Of a stretch of DNA of 63,217 nt, positions 58,582-63,217 are shown one piece after another. Under the pieces are notes generated by a model. It searched no databases, had not been told where the DNA came from, and saw only the letters and a list, made by a program, of their open reading frames with translations. The translations under genes were made by a program, and so were the position numbers. Source of the stretch: an uncultured Bacteroidales bacterium (GTDB lineage: Bacteria > Bacteroidota > Bacteroidia > Bacteroidales > B18-G4); assembly GCA_964508895.1 (NCBI GenBank), contig CAZDWF010000003.1, forward strand, positions 1-63,217, written 5' to 3'. Numbering within the stretch: the first letter of the stretch is position 1; the number at the start of each line of letters is the position of its first letter.

Positions 58582-58618
58582 AATAAAGTTGCTGATTGAG
58601 CAAGGGGAAGATGATAAA

Positions 58619-58723
58619 AGTCGCCAGTCGCCAGTCGCCAGTCGCCAGTTTCCAGTCGCAAGTTTCCAGTCGCAAGTCGCAAGTCGCCAGATGCCAGATG
58701 CCAGATACCGGATGCAAGATACA
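58619..58723. repeat. Composite heptanucleotide array, 15 units: AGTCGCC x4, AGTTTCC, AGTCGCA, AGTTTCC, AGTCGCA x2, AGTCGCC, AGATGCC x2, AGATACC, GGATGCA, AGATACA
   Basis: Read directly; single 7-nt register throughout. Lies between the MFS terminator and the pepD promoter. Confidence 0.9.
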
Positions 58724-58743
58724 TTTACTTGTCGTTAGATAAT

Positions 58744-58769
58744 AAAAAAGCCCCACGTTAATGTGAGGC
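58744..58769 (-). terminator. Rho-independent terminator after the MFS transporter gene
   Basis: Stem GCCCCAC / GTGAGGC (one mismatch) with a 6-nt loop; a 6-A run on the plus strand gives a T run after the stem on the minus strand. Confidence 0.5.
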
Positions 58770-58775
58770 TTTGTG

Positions 58776-58810
58776 TCTATAATCTATAATCTATAATCTA
58801 GAATCTATTC
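58776..58810. repeat. Heptanucleotide tandem array, 5 units (TCTATAA x3, TCTAGAA, TCTATTC)
   Basis: Read directly; contains the stop codon of the MFS gene (58805-58807). Confidence 0.8.
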
Positions 58811-60478
58811 AAGATTAGCTTTTTCTATAGCTTCTCTGTCTTTTTGTGATTCCGCTCCTGAAGGAAGTTCCAGTCCGTATCCTTGTTTCTTATCTGCTCT
58901 TCTAAGCATAAATGCCAGGAATAAAGCAACCACACCCAAGCCTACAAGCATTAAAATAGGATTTGTATAATCAAATGCCGGAATTTCATGTGTTAGCTGT
59001 TGCATTTCCTGCAGTTTGGCACTTATTTCAACTCTTGACAATCCTTGCGCTTCAAGTGAAGCTCTTGTTGTTTCAAGCTTATCAACTACAATTGGGTTAG
59101 ACTTATCAAGTACCCAACCAATTCCTTTAAAGAAAATGTTCAATCCCCAGTTCTGGATCGTAAACATGGCAGCATACGCTGTTCCCAGTCTGTTTTCTGC
59201 AACAATCTTAGCAACTGATGGCCACATAGCTGCAGGAACAAGTGAAAACGCAATTCCAAGTGCCAGGAGCCCAAAATATCCAAGGACTACATTATCTAAT
59301 AATGATAAGGTTAAGTGAGCAAATATCAGAAGCAATGCCCCCAGTATCATCAAAGAAGCTGCTTTACCTTTTGTATCAACAAGTTTCCCGAATATTGGGG
59401 TGAAAAGGATGGAACCCAGAGGTATTAAACTTGCTGTTTTAGGACCGTTTTGCAACCATAATTCCAGTGTATCAGATAATGAATAAATAAACAGTACAAA
59501 GAGCAATAGGATAATAACTAATGATATCCTCTTTCCTGATTTATTTTTTATAAAAGTGGGGACCAAAGTAACAGCTAATGCAAAGATGAATAATCCAATG
59601 AATATCGAAGCATTTCCCAAAGTAGTACTTCCAAATAATACTACATCTGCACTTGCTGGCAGTTCATAAGTGAATCCAAATTTATTGATCAATAAATCAG
59701 GAGCATATTGCATAAATGGGAAAACTGCAGAGTAAAATGTAACACAGAGTAATGCAATAAGAATAAATGAACGATTTGTAACAAGCTTAATAAGATCTGA
59801 GAATCTAAAGGGTTCCTCATCTTCATCTCCTGCTTGTCCTTTCATCTGCCTGTCAAGCTTAATATCAAACATAATATATATAAGGAACATGATAAGACCA
59901 ATTCCAATTAGTGTAGCTGCAAAGTTCACAGCCGGAGAAACGATACCACCACCAATATCAATTGATAAAGCTTGTCCTAAGGTAGATCCAAGTCTTCCAA
60001 ATCCCATATTGATTGCCATAGCCAATGCCAGTTCATAACCTTTAAACCACTTCACAATGGTTCTCATAGCAATAACACAAACTATCTCTAATCCTGATCC
60101 GAACAATAAACGGCCAATCATCATTACCCACATTTGTGAATTGACATCATCAGAAAATATTCCTGCCGCACCCATTGCAGTTAATGATGCTCCAATTACC
60201 GCAAGCAAACCAAACACAATACCAGTTCTTCGTATGCCCCATTTATCGAGGATAATACCACCAATAATTATCATTCCAAATACGTTGGCCCATGTAGTCC
60301 ACTGGATCAATGTACCAAACTGACTGGATGTAATACCCATTTCAGTAATCATCAATGGCTTGATTCCTGAAAAGAAATCCTGGAACCAATAGGTGCCAAA
60401 AGTAAGTCCACTGATAAGAATCAACACAAGCCATCTTGCTGCTGCCGAGTCTTTTAAAGTTCTTTTAATTGTTTCCAT
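58805..60478 (-). CDS. MFS transporter
   Basis: 557 aa, about 12 TM helices with a central charged loop; adjacent to pepD, so a peptide substrate is possible but unproven. Confidence 0.7.
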   Translation of the reverse strand: METIKRTLKDSAAARWLVLILISGLTFGTYWFQDFFSGIKPLMITEMGITSSQFGTLIQWTTWANVFGMIIIGGIILDKWGIRRTGIVFGLLAVIGASLTAMGAAGIFSDDVNSQMWVMMIGRLLFGSGLEIVCVIAMRTIVKWFKGYELALAMAINMGFGRLGSTLGQALSIDIGGGIVSPAVNFAATLIGIGLIMFLIYIMFDIKLDRQMKGQAGDEDEEPFRFSDLIKLVTNRSFILIALLCVTFYSAVFPFMQYAPDLLINKFGFTYELPASADVVLFGSTTLGNASIFIGLFIFALAVTLVPTFIKNKSGKRISLVIILLLFVLFIYSLSDTLELWLQNGPKTASLIPLGSILFTPIFGKLVDTKGKAASLMILGALLLIFAHLTLSLLDNVVLGYFGLLALGIAFSLVPAAMWPSVAKIVAENRLGTAYAAMFTIQNWGLNIFFKGIGWVLDKSNPIVVDKLETTRASLEAQGLSRVEISAKLQEMQQLTHEIPAFDYTNPILMLVGLGVVALFLAFMLRRADKKQGYGLELPSGAESQKDREAIEKANLE

Positions 60479-60533
60479 ATTATTTTTGCTTATTTGTATT
60501 TTGGGATAAGCTGGCTAAAATAGGAAAAATATT

Positions 60534-60645
60534 CAAGATACAAGTAACAAGATTCAAGATACTGGATACCGGATGCCGGATGCCGGATACCTGATGCCGG
60601 ATGATTCTATGAACTAATCCAGAATCTATGATCTATGATCTATAT
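60534..60645. repeat. Composite heptanucleotide array, 16 units: CAAGATA-type x4, CYGGATR-type x6, three degenerate units, TCTATGA-type x3
   Basis: Read directly; one register throughout. The last units contain the rsmG stop codon (60640-60642). Confidence 0.85.
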
Positions 60646-61260
60646 ACTAATATGTACGATTTTCTTCGTTTCAAAAAAGTCTTCTTCAAAATGATCTGAG
60701 ATATTAAAAACTTCAGATCGGTATTTAATGCTTTTAAGTTCATCCTGAAAATCTCCTCCTTTTAAATAAAGAATGCCATTGGAGAGTTCATTTTTTGAAC
60801 GGGGATAGATCTTGTTTTTTATCCAGGATGTAAATACCGGTAAATTTGTTACTGCCCTGCTGACTATAAAATCAAATTTTTGATCCAGGTTTTCAGCTCG
60901 CAAATTTAATGCTCTCACATTTATTAATCCTAACTCTTCTACAAGCTCTTCGACCACATTGATCTTTTTTCCAATTGAATCGATCAGGAGAAATTCAACC
61001 TTCGGGAATAAAATTGCAAGTGGGATTCCGGGAAAGCCTCCTCCTGTTCCTACATCACATATGCTGCTGTTGCTATGAAAGTTGATACTCTTAGCAATAC
61101 TTAAGGAATGTAATACATGGTTCACCTCAAGATTATCTATATCTTTCCTGGAAATCACATTTATCCTGGAATTCCAGTATTCGTATAATTCAGGAAGCAT
61201 ATCAAATTTTTCATACTGCTCATCCTGCAAATCCTCAAAATATTTTCTAACTAACTCCAT
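60640..61260 (-). CDS. rsmG: 16S rRNA (guanine527-N7)-methyltransferase
   Basis: SAM motif DVGTGGGFPGIPLAI; 206 aa. Confidence 0.85.
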   Translation of the reverse strand: MELVRKYFEDLQDEQYEKFDMLPELYEYWNSRINVISRKDIDNLEVNHVLHSLSIAKSINFHSNSSICDVGTGGGFPGIPLAILFPKVEFLLIDSIGKKINVVEELVEELGLINVRALNLRAENLDQKFDFIVSRAVTNLPVFTSWIKNKIYPRSKNELSNGILYLKGGDFQDELKSIKYRSEVFNISDHFEEDFFETKKIVHISI

Positions 61261-61374
61261 AAATTTTCACTTTTGCCTTTTGCTTGCTTTCTTCTGTTAC
61301 GCGTTACGTTTTTTAATAACATTTCTTTGTGAAAAAAAAACCTGCACACAATAAAAACCCAATAAAAGCTATTC

Positions 61375-61382
61375 TATTTTTG
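61375..61382 (+). promoter_or_regulatory. Bacteroidota -7 promoter box TATTTTTG
   Basis: Matches TAnnTTTG, 26 nt before the ATG at 61408. Confidence 0.4.
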
Positions 61383-61407
61383 TAATATCAAAGATATCCA
61401 AAAACTT

Positions 61408-62373
61408 ATGATTAGTCGTCTGATACCAATATTTATAAGCATATTTCTAATTATGTCCTCAATAAGCCTGGTGGCGCAGAAGAAGATAACTTATAAAGAA
61501 TATGTGGAAACCTACAAGGATATCGCTATCAGAAAAATGCATGAATATAAGATCCCGGCCAGCATAACTCTTGCCCAAGGCATTCTGGAGTCTGGTAGTG
61601 GCAACAGTGAACTGGCCAAAAGAGCTAATAATCATTTTGGGATAAAATGCCATAAAGGCTGGACAGGCAAGACTTTCATAATGGATGATGATGAGAAAAA
61701 TGAATGTTTCAGGAAGTATAAATCCGCTGAAGATTCTTACCGGGATCATTCCTTGTTCCTGACTGAACGCCAGCGCTATTCTGATCTTTTCAACCTAAAG
61801 GTTACAGATTATAAAGGCTGGGCATATGGATTAAAAAAGGCAGGTTATGCTACCAATCCAAAATACCCACAGTTACTTATCAAGATCATTGAAGAGAACA
61901 GATTGTATTCATATGATTCAAAAAAGCCAGGAAAAGAAAGCAAACACATAGATAAGATCCCACAGGAATTAATTGATAACTCCAGAGTATTGCTGAAACC
62001 TCTGAAAATAAACGGTACTTTTTATAAAACAGGTCCTGATGAAAGAAAAATTTATAAGAATAACGGTGTGAAATACATACTGGCAAGAGATGGTGATAAC
62101 TTCGAATCTATTGCAGATGTATTTAACATTTATACATTCCAGGTTTATAAGAATAATGATCTTGAAAAAAATGATAAATTGAGTGAAGGACAAGTTATTT
62201 ATCTTGAAAAGAAGAAAAATAAGCATAAAAAGAAATATCATCTTGTTCAGAAAAACGAGACCATGTACTATATTTCACAGCTATATGGTGTTAAGCTGAA
62301 AAAACTATATAAACGCAATGGCATACAGGAGGGCATGGAACCGATAGTTGGGAAGAAAGTTAAGTTACGATAG
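61408..62373 (+). CDS. Glucosaminidase (GH73-like) domain protein with C-terminal LysM domains
   Basis: LAQGILESGSGNSELAKRANNHFGIK muramidase/glucosaminidase motif; LysM-like YILARDGDNFESIADVF and HLVQKNETMYYISQLYGV. Confidence 0.75.
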   Translation: MISRLIPIFISIFLIMSSISLVAQKKITYKEYVETYKDIAIRKMHEYKIPASITLAQGILESGSGNSELAKRANNHFGIKCHKGWTGKTFIMDDDEKNECFRKYKSAEDSYRDHSLFLTERQRYSDLFNLKVTDYKGWAYGLKKAGYATNPKYPQLLIKIIEENRLYSYDSKKPGKESKHIDKIPQELIDNSRVLLKPLKINGTFYKTGPDERKIYKNNGVKYILARDGDNFESIADVFNIYTFQVYKNNDLEKNDKLSEGQVIYLEKKKNKHKKKYHLVQKNETMYYISQLYGVKLKKLYKRNGIQEGMEPIVGKKVKLR

Positions 62374-62452
62374 TTCGTGGTATAATTTCCGATTCCATAC
62401 TCCATATTTAGGTGCGCATCGGTTGTCTTTTTGTTACAAATCGTAAATAGGA

Positions 62453-62487
62453 AATCATCCGGCATCAGGCATCCGATATCCGGCATC
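62453..62487. repeat. Heptanucleotide tandem array, 5 units (AATCATC CGGCATC AGGCATC CGATATC CGGCATC)
   Basis: Read directly. Same flavour and orientation as 1674-1764, inverted relative to 60562-60603. Overlaps the stop codon at 62486-62488. Confidence 0.8.
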
Positions 62488-63217
62488 ATATCTCTTCCAT
62501 CAACTCCTCAAACAACACTATCATATCCTTCTCTGCTATTGCAGCCCGCATTATTATATCTTTAATATCAAAAGGCTCAAGATTATCCGGATCACACTCA
62601 TCAGTGATCACCGAGATCGCAGCACAGGGCAATCCCATATGATTGGCAACAATAACTTCAGGAATGGTTGACATACCGATCACATCTGCTCCAATCTTTC
62701 TCATATATCTGTATTCAGCTCTTGTTTCAAGACTCGGTCCGGGAACAGCCAGGTAAACTCCCTCATTCAGGTGTATATTTTTCCTTTTAGCAATTTCTCT
62801 GATTTTATTATTTAAGTCCTTGGAATAGGGTTGCGACATATCAGGAAATCGAGAGCCTAACTCATCGTAATTTTCACCAATCAATGGATTGTCAGGCAAA
62901 AGATTAATATGATCAGTGATCAGCATAATACTACCTTTTTTGAAATCAAGGTTTACTGCACCGCAGGCATTAGAGATCAATAAATATTTTATTCCCAGAA
63001 GTTTCATTATTCTTACAGGATATGTAACCTCCTTTAATGTATATCCTTCATAATAATGAAATCTGCCTTTCATTGCTAACACTTTCTTACCATTATAACT
63101 ACCGTAAAGTAATCTGCCATGATGAGACTCTACAGTTGAAATAGGAAAATGAAGGATTTCCTCGTAATCAATCTCAAGCTCAACATCAATATCATTAGCC
63201 ATATTCCCTAATCCTGT
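62486..63217 (-). CDS. Purine nucleoside phosphorylase (trimeric PNP family), N-terminus beyond the window
   Basis: GRFHYYEGY and MSTIPEV motifs. The reading frame continues upstream of the listed Met (TGLGN encoded at 63203-63217), so the gene is truncated by the window edge. Confidence 0.85.
   Translation of the reverse strand, partial: TGLGNMANDIDVELEIDYEEILHFPISTVESHHGRLLYGSYNGKKVLAMKGRFHYYEGYTLKEVTYPVRIMKLLGIKYLLISNACGAVNLDFKKGSIMLITDHINLLPDNPLIGENYDELGSRFPDMSQPYSKDLNNKIREIAKRKNIHLNEGVYLAVPGPSLETRAEYRYMRKIGADVIGMSTIPEVIVANHMGLPCAAISVITDECDPDNLEPFDIKDIIMRAAIAEKDMIVLFEELMEEI

Noticed and set aside
58506-58756. Two overlapping minus-strand ORFs (72 and 70 aa) with WRLATGD-type repeats; a similar ORF at 62268-62489 (MMPDIGCLMPDD).
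   Set aside because: These are read-through translations of heptamer arrays in two frames. They overlap the pepD start region and an intergenic terminator. They are artefacts of stop-free repeats.
654-62487. Possibility that the short repeat arrays are CRISPR arrays.
   Set aside because: The units are 7 nt and directly tandem with no spacers. No cas genes are present in the window.
1-63217. Search for tRNA, rRNA, tmRNA, transposase, integrase or prophage genes.
   Set aside because: I found no T-loop/acceptor-like tRNA signatures in the intergenic regions. No ORF has recombinase, transposase or phage structural motifs. The accessory blocks show no obvious mobility genes in this window.

Overview
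Low-GC chromosomal segment that looks like an anaerobic Bacteroidota genome. Support for that: at least eight proteins with T9SS C-terminal sorting domains, TAnnTTTG-type promoter boxes, a CarboxypepD_reg-type TonB-dependent receptor, an rnfBCDGEA operon and class 1B pyrK/pyrD. All family calls come from motifs I recognise in the ORF translations; no database search was run.

Housekeeping genes: purB, msbA-like ABC exporter, pyrK/pyrD, murB, ftsE, rnfBCDGEA, nadC, rpmH (absent from the ORF track), pepD, rsmG and a partial purine nucleoside phosphorylase.

Accessory content:
(1) A long-form tyrosine-decarboxylase-like enzyme paired with an APC antiporter.
(2) A 6-kb block of T9SS cargo genes, including two large paralogs, sitting between an rseC-like gene and rnfB.
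(3) An AT-rich glycan-modification island (about 37.4-48.7 kb) with two sulfotransferases, two deacetylase-type enzymes, an FkbM methyltransferase, an SGNH hydrolase, a Wzx flippase, a GpsA-like dehydrogenase and WbqC, but no glycosyltransferase.
(4) Three DNRLRE-like secreted proteins.
(5) The most unusual feature: a window-wide family of tandem 7-nt repeat arrays in intergenic DNA and at the 3' ends of genes. They come in several sequence flavours that change without breaking the 7-nt register. Some pairs are inverted, and one pair forms a perfect 25-bp inverted repeat around a four-helix-bundle (23S-IVS/Avd family) gene.

No tRNA, rRNA, CRISPR array, transposase or integrase was recognised.
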